In this document: positions 49,628-62,740 of the stretch, in pieces
How positions within the stretch are numbered: the first letter of the stretch is position 1
Layout: each line of letters opens with the position of its first letter
NCBI GenBank assembly: GCA_038087875.1
Contig: JAXLNO010000110.1
Location: forward strand, 124,001-188,000
DNA length: 64,000 nucleotides
Reading direction: 5' to 3'
Source of the DNA: Malacoraja senta
Taxonomy: Eukaryota
Position numbers and translations under genes: made by a program
The notes under the pieces: generated by a model
Database searches by the model: none
The model's input: the letters and a program-made list of their open reading frames with translations, nothing else
Told to the model about the DNA's origin: nothing

Positions 49628-52600
49628 TGTAAATCACTTCAAACTGTATAAGATTTACACACATCTTTAATCAGCACATTAACTTGGCAGCATTACAAAA
49701 CGAGGTGTTGTCAGTTCATCCTGGCTGCTTCAACTAACGGTGCTGGGAATGGGCGTTAGTATAAATGTTATAATGGGGTGGAGTTAGTGATGCTGGCTAA
49801 GTGTGATTGATTCAAATGCATCATCAATCTACATCCTTCCCCCTAAAGATTAAATGTGGAAAGGAAGTGTATTAAACATACTTGCCATACCTGTCTGGTG
49901 GTCTACTAACACGGCCCGAGCGCGTGCGGACCCAACCATCCCCTCCCTCAACTGAAGGATTAGGCGGAGAGGCTGAAGGTGAAAATCGCACGGGAGAGGA
50001 TTGTGGTGACCGAGGGGGGAAACATGCGGTGGGTGTAACCCCGTGGTTAGTGGAGACAGGGATGTGGGGGGGTGCCAGGCATGCGGGGACGGGCGAGAGA
50101 CATTGCGGAAGGCGGCTGGAACTGGAGCAGCGGAGCATAGGGATCAGCAGGCGGTGGTCGGGGCTCCTTCACAGCAAGCAGGTGTCGACTTCTCCGGTAA
50201 ACCGCTCCCTCACAGTCCACAAGGTACGATCGCGGCTCATCAGTCGGGCGTACAACAACGCCCAGACGAGAATGTCCAGTTGGAGTTCGTAGACGGACGA
50301 CCTGGCCCGGCAGTAGAGGCTGGAGTGGTCTGCTGGAACTGTCGTATGACCGTTTCTGGATGTCGTGCTTCTCTTGGAGACGTTGCTGGATAGTGGCGGG
50401 CTTCAACACCCGAGGAACCAGCCGCTGTTGTGCGATGGGGACCGGTGACCTCGTCACCCTCGACAGCAGCCGCTGTGCTGGTGACCCCAAGGTTCTGTCT
50501 CTTGCGATGTTTCTGAGATTCAGGAGATCGAGATAGACGTCTGACTTTGAAATGCGCGCTCCCTCCAGCAAATGCTTGGCGCTTCTGACAGCGTGTTCAG
50601 TGAGTCCATTACTCTGTGGATACTCGGGACTGCTTGTGACGTGCTGGAAATTCCATCGGTCTGCGAAAAGCTCGAACAAGTGGCTGGTGAACTATGGACC
50701 ATTGTCGGTTCTCAGAATGACAGGAATACCATGGGCTGAGAATTGTCTTTTCAGCTTCTTGATGACCATCTCAGACGTGAGGGAGGTCAGTTGGTCAAGT
50801 TCAAACCAGTTGGAAAATGAGTCGACCAGAACGAGGTAGAGCTTACCGCACCATTCGAAAATGTCCGCAGCCAGCGACGACCAAGACTGCTGGTGGAGGT
50901 TGTTGCAGAAGGGGTTGCCGCTGCTGATGAGGCGCAAGATTGTTGCAAGCGGGGCAGGAGGCTACGCGGTCCCGGATGTACGTGGCCATTCCGGGCCAGT
51001 AGAACAGATCCCGGGCGCGTGCCAGTGTGGAGTCGGCTCCTGGGTGACCGCTGTGTACCTCTTTGAAGTATTCGTCTTGTAGCGATGCAGGTACCACTAC
51101 CTTGTGGCCCTTAACGATCACACCATCCTGAACCACCAGTTCATCACGGACCAAGAAGTACGGCTGCACCTCTGTGGGCGTGTTGGATTGTTTGTCTGGC
51201 CAGCCTGTTTTGATGATGGACGAGAGGGCTTGAAGCGTATCATCAGTAGCAGTGTGCGCGGCCAGAGTGCGCAGTTGCTTGCTGGAGATTAGACCGACAC
51301 CGAGAACCGTGAAATTCTCCCGTTCGTGTGGGTGTTGTTCGCAAGATGCTCGAGGAGCACGAGAGAGTGTGTCAGCAACATGCATGTCCTTACCCTTTGT
51401 GTAGGTAATAGAGAAGTCGTACCGCTGCAGCTGCATCATCATGCGCTGCAAACGAGCTGGAGCGGCATGGATAGGCTTGTTCAAGATTGTCACCAGTGGT
51501 TGGTGGTCCGTCTCAACCATGAACGTGTTGCCATAGACGAAGTCGTTGAATTTGGAGCAGGCAAAGACGACCGCCAGCAGTTCCTTTTCGATTTGCGCGT
51601 AGAGCTGCTCCGTGTCGGTCATGGTGCGAGAGGCATACGCGACAGGTAGTAGGGTGCCATCATCAGACGGTTGCAGGCAGGCTGCGCCGAGCCCGAATTT
51701 CGAGGCATCACAGGTGATCACCACCGGACGTTTCAGGTCGAAAAAAGTCAGGGTCGGTGCACTGGTCAGTTTTGATTTCAGAACATCGAAGGCATCCTGA
51801 TGTTGCTGGAACCATGACCACGCAGTGTCCTTTTTTGTCGGCTGCCGCAGTGTGGAGCTTATTCGCTGAGGTTTGGTATGAACTTTCCGAGATAGTTTAC
51901 CATGCCCAGGAAACGTTGCAGGCCTTTCACGTCAGTGGGTGCAGGCATTTCTGTGATGGCAGTAGTTTTCTTCGGATCCGGTTTGAGGCCGTCAGGGGTG
52001 AAGATGTGGCCGACATAGGAGACCACTGGAACCCTGAACTTGCACTTGTCAGGATTGAGCTTGAGGTTGATCTTGACAGCACGCTCCAAGATGAGCCTGA
52101 GATTGTGGTCATGTTCCGCTGCGTCTTTACCATAGACAAGGATATCATCGACAATGATGGCACAAGGCAGATCCTCGAATAATTGCTCCATAGTTCTTTG
52201 GAAGACTTCACTGGCGGAGTTGATCCTGAATGGCATTCTCAGAAACTTATATCTGCCGAATGGGGTGGCAAATGTGGTGAGGTTTGATGACCTCTTGTCC
52301 AGCGGTATCTGCCAGAATGAGTTCTTTGCATCGAGGACGGAAAATAGGGTGGCCGTTCCGATCTTTGCTGCAACATCCTCTACTGTCTTCATGGGATGGT
52401 GTGGGCGGTTAATGGCAGTGTTCAGGTCTTTGGGATTAATGCACAGGCGGATTTCATCCTTTCCCTTCTTGACTGTGGCAATCATGGTTGAGACCCAGTC
52501 GGTGGGGTCGCTGACTGCTTCAATTACGCCTTTGGAAACCATGTCCTTCAGCATAGAGTGAACCCTGTCAGTCATGGCAAATGACAATCTGTGCGGGTTT

Positions 52601-54303
52601 CGGACTACGGGTGTCACATCGGGGTCAATAATAATCTTGTAGGACACAGGCAACTTGCCTAGGTTGTTGTCGAAGAGACCAGGGAAGTCATTCAGTGGAT
52701 CAAGAGAAACTTGCAGTTTGTGGACAGTTTTATCAAAGGAAATCAGCCCCAGTTCCTGACAGGCACGATTACCAAGCAGGGTAACCAAATTAAAGTTCAA
52801 CACATGGAAAGTCAATTCCCTCGTTGTTTTCTTCAGTACACATTTCAAGTTGGTTTTGCCCAGAGGAACTAGCACCTCCCCACCAAAAGCATGTAAAGTG
52901 GACGCGTCCTTGACAAGTGGCTCGTTAGCCCTGATCTTGTTAAAAAGGTTGATTGACATTGTGTTGACTTTCGCGCCCGTGTCCAGTTTCGCGCCAAAAG
53001 CAACATTGTTTACAGATATCGTCACTGTCGGATCAGAGTTCTTGGCAGCAGCATGCTGTAACATGTAAACAGTCGGGTCGTCTTGTGAGTTAATTGGAAT
53101 ATATTCGGGGGCGGCTTCGAGCTGGAAATGGGGAGTCAGTATGTTGCTGTCTCGTTGCAAAAAATTGAGATTAGACTTGGGACTGGGCGCATTCTTTCCT
53201 CGGGCCCTGATAGCAGCCCGACAGGCTGAGGCAAAGTGATTTAGCTTTTTGCAGTAATTACAAGCCTTCCCCGAGGGCGGGGCAGGTGGATTGCCTGTGT
53301 GCAGATAGCCGCAGTTAGGACATTTCTGTGGAGACCGCTGAGAGCTGCCTGGCTAGCTTGGGTCTTAAATCGGCTGTTATCTGTGTATGTCCGCTGCCTA
53401 GTGAGGCCCGTCAGATTGATGGTATTGCTTTCATGCGAAATGTCTATGGGATCGACAAGTTCAGCAGTTCTGCATGCATGCACCGCGTCTTTTAGCGATA
53501 ACTCTGGCCGTCTCAGGAGCTCTGATCTGAGCTTTTGATCGGTGATACCATTCACTAAAATATCCCTCGTTAACTGATCAGTCAACTGATCCAATGGCAT
53601 TTCCTGAAATCGACTACGTTGGGCTAGATACATCAAAGAAGAAATAAATGAGTCAACTCTTTCCCCGGGAAGTTGACGACGAGAGAAAAACCTTGCCCTG
53701 TCCAAAATGTGATTTGAGGGCAGGTCACAGATCTGGGCCAGTTTACGCAGCAAAACATTAGGGTCAGCAGGAGACTCCGCCGGTGTAATTACCTGGTCAT
53801 TAGCATCACGGATAGCCGGAGCATAACGGAATGTTCTGGATCGACGAAGGGCACCAGGTCCCGCAAGGTTGAGCAGGAGAGAGGCCTTGACAGCATCTGG
53901 TTCATTTCGGTGTACAATGTTCATGTAGTGCTGGTAATCAATTTCAAACGTGACCCAGCGTTCGCTGATATCGGCATCAAAGACAAGAGGCTCAGGCTTC
54001 CGACAAGAAGTAGCCATCGTGAAGTAAAGCAAAACTCACAAAAGATAAAATAAAAACCGTTATACAAGAGGAGTGGATAAGACCATTTCTGACGCCATGT
54101 AAATCACTTCAAACTGTATAAGATTTACACACATCTTTAATCAGCACATTAACTTGGCAGCATTACAAAACGAGGTGTTGTCAGTTCATCCTGGCTGCTT
54201 CAACTAACGGTGCTGGGAATGGGCGTTAGTATAAATGTTATAATGGGGTGGAGTTAGTGATGCTGGCTAAGTGTGATTGATTCACATGCATCATCAATCT
54301 ACA
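49628..54303 (-). mobile_element. Gypsy (Mag-like) LTR retrotransposon, full length
   Basis: 206-bp TG...CA LTRs at 49628-49833 and 54098-54303 with one visible mismatch. PBS TGGCGTCAGAAATGG (tRNA-Leu-like), PPT AGGGGGAAGGA, flanks tagag/tagat. Domain order gag-PR(LDTGA)-RT(VDD)-RH(CDAS)-IN(HPG..CPAC, TDNG). Confidence 0.95.
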
Positions 54304-56054
54304 TAGATGTTCATAACTGAAGATAGATGTTCATAACTGATAGCAGAATTAGGCCATTCGACCCACCACGTCTACTCCGCCATTCAATCACGGCTGATCT
54401 CCGCCATTCAATTAAGACCCGCACTCCTTCGGAGTGTGAGAGGAATCTGAAGATCTCGGTGAAAACCCACGCAGGTCACGGGGAGAGGGGGTAAACCCAC
54501 GCAGGTCACGGGGAGCCCCTGCCCAAGCTTTCCCTCGCCGTAGGGCAGCCCTATCTGCACCCTGGCAGCGAATGCAGCAACTGCGGGCAGTGCCACCCAA
54601 CCCGTCACCCACACCCTCTCACTCACACACTCACTCACACCCACACCCTCTCACTCACACCCTCTCACTCACAAAGGCACTCACTCTCACCCACACGTGC
54701 CACATCACTGCCTCTCTCACGCACACTCACTCTCACACCCACTCACACACACACCCACTCACACAGGCACTCACTCACACACAAACCACATCCCTGCCGC
54801 TACCGCACACACACATGCACACACACACACACTCTCACACCCAGACACCACATCCCTGCCGCTCTCTCACACCCACACTCTCTCGCACTCACACACGCCA
54901 CATCCATGCCTCTCTCACGTGCACTCTCACACATGCTCACATTTTCCCACACACACACTCTCACACGCTCACTCACATCCACTCACTCTCACACTCACCT
55001 GCACACCATGTCCCTGCCTCTCACATACGCTCTCATGCTCACTCTCACACACACCCACACACACTTTCACACCTACTCACTCTCGCGCTCGCCTGCACAC
55101 CACATCCCTGCCTCTCACCCACTCTCACACCCACACACACCCACACACCACAACGCTTCCTCTCACACTCACATACATTCACTCTCACTCACTCTCACTC
55201 CCACCCACACACACGCTCTCATTCACACTCTCACTCACCAAGCCGTCTCACTCACGCATGCTCTCATTCACTGTCTCACTCATTCATCCACACACCCTCT
55301 CTCACTATCTCACTCATTTCTCACTCTCACACACTGTCACTCACTCTCACTCTGTCTCACACTCTCACGGCCTCATTCACTATGCTAGTCACTTCTCATT
55401 CTTTCTCACACTCTCTCGCTCACTGTCTCATACACCCCCTCACTCTCTCACACTCTCATTCTCACTCTCATTTTCACCCGCTCACTCTCTCTCTCATTCT
55501 CTCTCTCTCTCATGCTCTCTCTTTCTCACTCACTTGGTCAGGTCAGGTCCGGACTGCTGTGCCGTTGGGTGGGTTGGTGAATAGACAGGTACGTGAGTCT
55601 CTGCCTCCCTTTTTTTAAATCTCCAGCTGGCATCCCTCATCCCCATCCCCTGCAGTGTGTGGGCTGGGTTGGATTGGAAAGCAGTGAGCAATGGCTCACT
55701 GCCAAGCACCTCAGTTGCAGTCGAAGGAACAATTCTCATGGAGGTGTGCCCTGCACCCCGATGATGTCTGCCCTTCAGCCCTCTCTCACCAAACTTGCTC
55801 ACCAATTAGAGTTAATATCAGAATTACAACTCATCCCTGCAGCTTATCCCACCCTATGTCCCCAGACCACCTCAAGGTCCGAATGATAATCGCTTCTTTT
55901 TTCTTTATTTTTTTTTATTTTTTATATATATATGAAACATGACATACATATTTAAGATGCATAATTATAATTATACAGTGCATAGATAGATATGTCCCTG
56001 TACATAAACTCGCAAGAGGCCCTATAGCGCCTCTCTCCTCTCTCTCTCTCTCTC

Positions 56055-56254
56055 NNNNNNNNNNNNNNNNNNNNNNNNNNNNNNNNNNNNNNNNNNNNNN
56101 NNNNNNNNNNNNNNNNNNNNNNNNNNNNNNNNNNNNNNNNNNNNNNNNNNNNNNNNNNNNNNNNNNNNNNNNNNNNNNNNNNNNNNNNNNNNNNNNNNNN
56201 NNNNNNNNNNNNNNNNNNNNNNNNNNNNNNNNNNNNNNNNNNNNNNNNNNNNNN
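56055..56254. other. Assembly gap (200 N)
   Basis: Run of N. Confidence 1.
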
Positions 56255-56274
56255 TGGCGCTGATTGATGCATAA

Positions 56275-56565
56275 AAGGACACAAAGTGCCGGAGTAACTC
56301 AGCGGGACGGGCAGCATCGGTGGAGAAAAGGAATAGGTGACGTTTCGGGTCGAGACCCTTCATCAGACCGAGAGTCAGTCGGGAGGAAAGCGAGAGATAT
56401 GACCAGGTACAGAAGCCAGCACCAATGACCAAGGAAAGGTGGAGCCCACAATGGTCCATTGTTGGCTGTGGAGGAGGTGATGACAAAGGGATACGAACAG
56501 TAAAACTAGCGGGATGGCTCGGGTGGGGGAGGGACGGAGAGAGGGAATGCAAGGGTTACTTGGAA
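56275..56565 (-). mobile_element. Penelope terminal-repeat remnant with a minimal hammerhead-like motif (56336-56369)
   Basis: Related to the 3' region of the Penelope element at 26610-26890; contains GGT-CTGATGA-A-GGGTC-TC-GACCC-GAAAC-GTC-ACC. Confidence 0.7.
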
Positions 56566-58406
56566 TTAGAGAAATCAATATTTATGAAGCTGTAAGGTTG
56601 TAACTCAGCGGCATCTCTGGAGAACATGGACAGGCGATGTTTCATGTCGGGACCCTTCTTCCTCTCTTCTAGCTTTCCTCTCCCCCCCCCCCCCCTTCAG
56701 TCTGTAGAAGGGTCTCAACCCGAAACATCACCCATTCCTTCTCTGCCTGTCCTGCTGAGTTACTCCAGCACTTTGTGTCTTATCTTTGGTTTAAACCAGC
56801 ATCTGCAGTTCCTTCCTACACCCCTTGTTTTCCTGCCACATTGCTCAGGACACCGGAGGGCACCTGATCCCTCACCCCTGCCCAGGCTTTCCCTTTGCCG
56901 TAGGGCAGCCCTGTCTGTACCCTGGCAGCGAATGCAGCAACTGCGGGCAACGTCACCCAACCCTCTCACTCACACACCTCTCACTACACCCACACCCTCA
57001 CTCACAAAGGCACTCACTCTCACCCACACACACGTGCCACATCCCTGCCTCTCTCACGCACACTCACTCTCACACCACTCACACAGGCACTCACTCACAC
57101 CCACACACACGTGCCACATCCCTGCCTCTCTCACGCACACTCACTCTCACACCCACACACCACATGTCCGCTTCTCACACTCACACACACACACGCCACA
57201 TCCCTGCCTCTCATGTACACTCACACACAATTTCACACCTACTCACTCTCGCGCTCGCCTGCACACCACATCCCTGCCTCTCACCCACTCTCACACTCAC
57301 TCACACCCACTCACACCCACACACCACAACGCTTCCTCTCACACTCACATACATTCACTCTCACTCACTCTCACTCTCACCCACACACACACACACACTC
57401 TCATTCACACTGTCTCTCACGCACCAAGCCGTCTCACTCACTCACTCATGCATTCTCTCATTCACTGCCTCACTCACTCAAGCCATCTCACACACTCTCT
57501 CTCGCTCACTGTCTCATACACCCCCCCTCTCTCTCTCTCTCTCTCTCTTACTATCTCATTCTCACTCTCTCTCACACACATTCTCATTCTCACTCTCTCT
57601 CATTCTCACTCGTTCATTCTCTCTCCCTCACTCGCTCACTCACTTGGTCAGGTCAGGTCCGGACTGCTGTGCTGTTGGGTAGGTTGGTGAGTAGACAGGT
57701 GCGTGAGTCTCTGCCTCCTCTTCTTTTTATCTCCAGCTGGCATCCCTCATCCCCACCCCCTGCAGGGTGTGGGCTGGGCTGGATTGGATAGCGGTGATCG
57801 GTGCCTCTCTCACCAAACCTGTTCACCGTTTAGAGTTAATATCAGAATCATAACTCATCCCTGCAGCTTATCCCACCCTATGTCCCCTCAAGGACCGCCT
57901 CAAGGTACGACCAATAATTGCATTCAATGCCTCCCTCTCTCTCACGCTCTCATTATTTCTCTCTCTCTCTCACACACACACTCTCTCTCTCTCTCTCTCT
58001 CTCTCACACTCTCTCTTTCTCATACTATCCTTATCTCTCTCACACTCTCTTTCTCACACTATCTTTCCTTATTCTCTCTCTCTCTCTAACTCTCTCTCTC
58101 TGCCTCCTCCCTCCCCTTCTCTTTCTCCCCCCCTCCCAATTCACAGAAGTCCAGCGCAATATACAGGCCCCTGGTTCTGGACTCCCCCAACATTGGGAAT
58201 ATGTTTCCTGCCTCTAGCGCGTCCAAACCCTTAATAATCTTTTATGTTTCAATAAGATCCCCTCCCATCCTAAATTTCCTCTTTCTTTATCACACTCTCT
58301 CCTTATCTATCTCTCTCTCTCCTCAATTCTCTCTCTCTCGTTCTCACCCTCTCTCTCTTTATTTCCTCTCTCACTCTTTCTCACACTCTCTTTTTCACAC
58401 TCTCCT

Positions 58407-58485
<79 letters not shown>

Positions 58486-58835
58486 CTCCCTGCTTCTCTT
58501 TCCCCCCACCGCCCTATTCACAAAACAGTCCAGCACAATATACAGGCCCTTTGGCCCACAATGTCCGTGCCTTACACGAATCCAAGTTAAACTGATCTCC
58601 TCTGCCTGCACGTGATCCATATCCCTCCATTCCCTGCATATCCGTGTGCCTGTCTAAACGGCTCTTAAACACCACTGTCATATCTGCCTCCACCACCACC
58701 CCTGGCATTCCTCTCTCGTTTTTTTCTTTCTCTCTATCCTGCTCTAACACTGTCTCTGATACACACCCCTTACCCTCTCTTTGACAATCTCTCTCTATCT
58801 CCCTCTCTCTCTTGCCTCCTTTGCTCCTTTCTTGC

Positions 58836-58882
<47 letters not shown>

Positions 58883-59393
58883 CGCTCTAGAAACATAGAA
58901 ACATAGAAAATAGGTGCAGGAGGAGGCCATTCGGCCCTTCGAGCCAGAGTGAGGCCAAATGCAAATTGGAGGAGCAGCATCTCATATTTTGCTTGGGGCA
59001 GCTTACAGCCCAGTGGTATGAATATTGATTTCTCTAACTTCAGGTAGCCCCGGCATTCCCTCTCTCTCTCTCTCTATCCCTCCCCCACCCAAGTCACACC
59101 AGCTTCTCATTTTCACGCTACAAACAGCTGACCAGGGCCGGCCATAAGCCGATTGGACCGATTTCTCCCAATTGGGCCCGCGCCTAAGCGGGACCCCGTG
59201 TTAATTTTCCATATTTCATACGGAAATACAAATTCGCTTTGTTAAATAAAGATTTTTTTTAAAACATTCGCCATACGGATTTATTTACAAAACGAACATG
59301 GATAACAACCGCTGCACGGCCATCAGACACAAACGATTTGTTAACTACTACTGTTAGCACTTGTTAACAGCCAGTAGTTAACAAGTAGTTATA

Positions 59394-59566
59394 CAATGTG
59401 TCATCAATGCATCGATCCACATTCCTCAGTAAATGTAATTGTGTATTGAACAAGTATTAATGACGCTGCGTTCTTTTGAATACAATTCACGCAGCGTGAT
59501 TGATACTTGATCAAAACACAATTACATTTACTGAAGAATGTAGATCAATGCATTGATGACACATTG
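59394..59566. repeat. Long AT-rich palindrome (MITE/fold-back-like)
   Basis: About 78-bp arms caatgtgtcatcaatgcat...gacgctgcgt and its inverse, with a short spacer. Confidence 0.85.
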
Positions 59567-60129
59567 AGAATTTCTTAAAACTCACCATCACGATTGAGGG
59601 CGGTCATGGTCTCGGGGGAGGGCAGTGGGAGAGTGGGCACCAGGCTGGGAAAGGCTGGGGCCCGGCTGCAGGGCCGGGGCCTTGTCGGTGTTAAAGCAAG
59701 TAGAGGCAGTGTGTGTGTGTGTGTGTGTGCCCTGGTGAGCAGAGGGGGGAGTCCCAGTGAGTGTGTAACGGTGAGTGTGAGTAAAGGCCAGGAAATTGTG
59801 TCACCCCATGTTTTAAAAGGCATGACTTGAGCCGAGAGACAATATCAATGTCAGCAGGAAAAGAATCCAGACATTGAGAGAACAAAACCCCCATGTTTTG
59901 AGAGGTGGGGGGGAATCCCCCTCCACCCCCACGCCCATGCTCATCCATTCCACAGACATACAATACTTGAGCGATTGGAATCGTTTATCACTTGATTCCT
60001 CTGAGACGAAAATGATCTGTTAACGGTCACTGTTAAGTGCTTGTTAAATGTCACTATTAACATCGTATTAACACGATGTGTCACCAATTGTGTTTGACCT
60101 TCGATGGAAGGCCCCGCGAACGGGCTGAT

Positions 60130-62740
60130 TCAAGCCCCACGATTCGGGGCGAACGAAGCTGCTGTTGCTGGAGTTTGGAGTCGGTCACTAACCAGGTCAG
60201 CTCCCGATGTTACTGTCCACAGGGCCCATGGCTGAAGCCTCCGAAGCCTCACGCGTGTGTGTGTGTTTGTGCGGCCACCAAGAAATTGTGTCCCCCCCAT
60301 GTTATGATAGCGATAGAATAGAACAAACTTGTTTTATCTCTGCGGTTCTACTTGATATCGGGCCTCTTCCCTTTTTAGTCACAACACCCTTTGCAATTCT
60401 ACAAAACCACCTGTTATTCATTAGCTCGCAATTCTAAGTAAATAAAGCAGGATCACCACGCGCAACATGCAATCTGTCACGTACACATTAACACTAAAAC
60501 TCAACGTTCTCACTCCCAAATAAGGGACTAAAAGTCAAAATATGGGACAAATTCCTGATGGCAATTCGTTGGCCGGGCTTCCGAACGACGGGGCCACGGG
60601 CGAAGCACTGCTGCTGCTGCAGTCCATGGGCTGCACTACATCGGGATGGGTGAGGCTGGGCCAGACGTGGCGCTCCGACACGACAGTCCTCTCGACCCGA
60701 GTTGTAGCGGTCAAATAGGGGACAAGAGCAGTCCCGTCCGGACAGACCAATTTAGCTCAAAATATGGGATTTCCTGGCTAATACGAGACAGTTGGCAACC
60801 ACATCCACCTCTACAGTTCTACGAGACCTGGTTGTCCTTGTACGTCAGTCACTGAAAGTAAGCATGCAGGTACAGCAGGAAGTGAAGAAAGCTAATGGTA
60901 TGTTGGCCTTCATAGCAAGAAGATTTGAGTTTAGGAGCAAGGAGGTCCTACTGCAGTTGTTCAGGGCCCTGATGAGACCTCACCTGGAGTACTGTGCGCA
61001 GTTTTGGCTTCCTAATTTGAGGAAGGACAGTATTGCCATTGAGGGAGTGCAACGTAGGTTCACCAGGTTAATTCCCGGGATGGCAGGACTGACCTATGTT
61101 GAAAGAATGGGCCGACAGGGCTTATATTTATTGCAAATTAGAATGATGAGAGGGGGTCTTATAGAGACATTTAAATTTTTTACGGGATTGGACAGGCTAG
61201 ATGCGGGAAAAATTTTCCCGATGTTGGGGGAGTCCAGAAACAGGGGTCACAGTTTAAAAATAAGGGGTAGGTCATTTCCGACTGAGATGAGAAAAAACTT
61301 TTTCACCCAGAGAGTTGTGAATCTGTGGAATTTTCTGCCACAGAAGGCAGTGGAGGCCAATTCACTGGATGCTTTCAAGAGAGAGTTAGATTTAGCTCTT
61401 AGGGCTAACGGAATCAATTGATATGGGGAAAAAGCGGGAAGCGGGTACTGATTTTGGATGGTCAGCCATGATCATATTGAATGGCGGTGCTGACTCGTAG
61501 GGCCGAATGGCCTACTCCTGCACCTATTTTCTATGTTTCTATGAGACGGAGTACAGGAAGGAGATTGAGAGCCCTGTGTCCTGGTGTCGAGGCAACAACC
61601 TACAGTATCTGTCAACGTCAGCAAGACAAAGGAGATAGTGATCGACATCAGGAAGTGAAGTTTCATACCCCAGTTTGTATTGACGGCACCAAAGTAGAAA
61701 TTCCCAGGAGTCAATATCACCAACAACTTCTCCTGGACCACCCGTATTGAAGCAATGACCAAGAAAGCACTCCAACGCATCTACTCCCTTAGAAGGCCTA
61801 GGAAGTTCGGCATGTAAAAGGGGTCACTTTTACTGAAGAAAGACAATTTCTCAGATGCAGTTTTCATAAGGTTAGGAAAAGGGGAGGTGCTGATAAACAC
61901 TTGGTGATGGTCCCAGCGAGATCCTGCCGACTACTCTGCTCACCCTCACTCTGGAATAACAAACCACGTCAGACACCTCTTCTTCTTCTTGTGTATGGCG
62001 TGCACAGCCTAAAGTTGTCGGGCAACTTGTTCTATTTGATCTTATTTGTTTGTGCACGTCGGGTTGATTACATTTGTCGACCACTGATGCTCATTGTAAA
62101 GACACAACTTTATTATGCTCGCGGGAGTGGGCGAGTCACCGCAAGTATGGTCACATACTTACCAGCTCCTCGCTGTCCCACTCAATTATTCTGTGTACAG
62201 GCAGTATATACATGAGTAGTCACGGGTCCAGCTAATCACACAATCAGCGCAGAGGTGGGGGACAGTCCCCACCATGTTTTGAGAGGCCCACGATTCAAGC
62301 CCCACGATTCGGGGCGGATGAAGCTGCTGTTGCTGGAGTTTGGAGTCGGTCACCAACCAGGTCCGCTCCAGATGTTACCGTCCACAGGGCCCATCAGCCG
62401 AAGCCTCTGAAGTCTCGTGTGTGTGTGTGTGTGTGTATGTGCGGCCACCAAGAAATTGTGTCCCCCCCCCATGTTTTGATAGTGATAGACTAGAACAAAC
62501 TTGTTTTTCTCTGCAGTACTACTTGATATCGGGACTCTTCCCTTTTTAGTCACAACACCCTTTGCAATTCTGCAAAACCGCCTGTTATTCATTCGCTCGC
62601 AATTCTAAGTAAAGCAGGCTCACCACGCGCAACATGCAATCTGTCACGTACACATTAACACTAAATCTAGGGTCGCCAACTCTTTCTCCCAATTAAGGGA
62701 CAAAAGGTCAAAATACGGGACAAATTCCCGACGGCAATTG
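60130..62740 (+). repeat. Two copies of a roughly 430-bp repeat (60130-60560, 62295-62730), each ending in a hAT-like terminus
   Basis: Direct similarity between copies. TAGGGTCGCCAAC at about 62668, GTTGGCAACC at about 60791, and repeated AAATACGGGAC-like subterminal motifs. Confidence 0.7.
60820..61540 (+). mobile_element. CR1 3' fragment
   Basis: VKKANGMLAFI...RPHLEYCAQFW...QRRFTRLIPG...FFTQRVVNLWN. Confidence 0.88.

Larger units (their letters stand above)
54510..57910 (+). repeat. Diverged tandem duplication (54510-55880 and 56870-57910) with CA/CT-rich cores
   Basis: Shared unique flanks such as gccgtagggcagccct...gaatgcagcaactgcgggca and ggtcaggtcaggtccggactgctgtgc...ttagagttaatatcagaat. 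Confidence 0.85.

Noticed and set aside
54572..57791. Long His/Thr/Leu/Ser-rich ORFs
   Set aside because: Low-complexity CA/CT repeats open in several frames.
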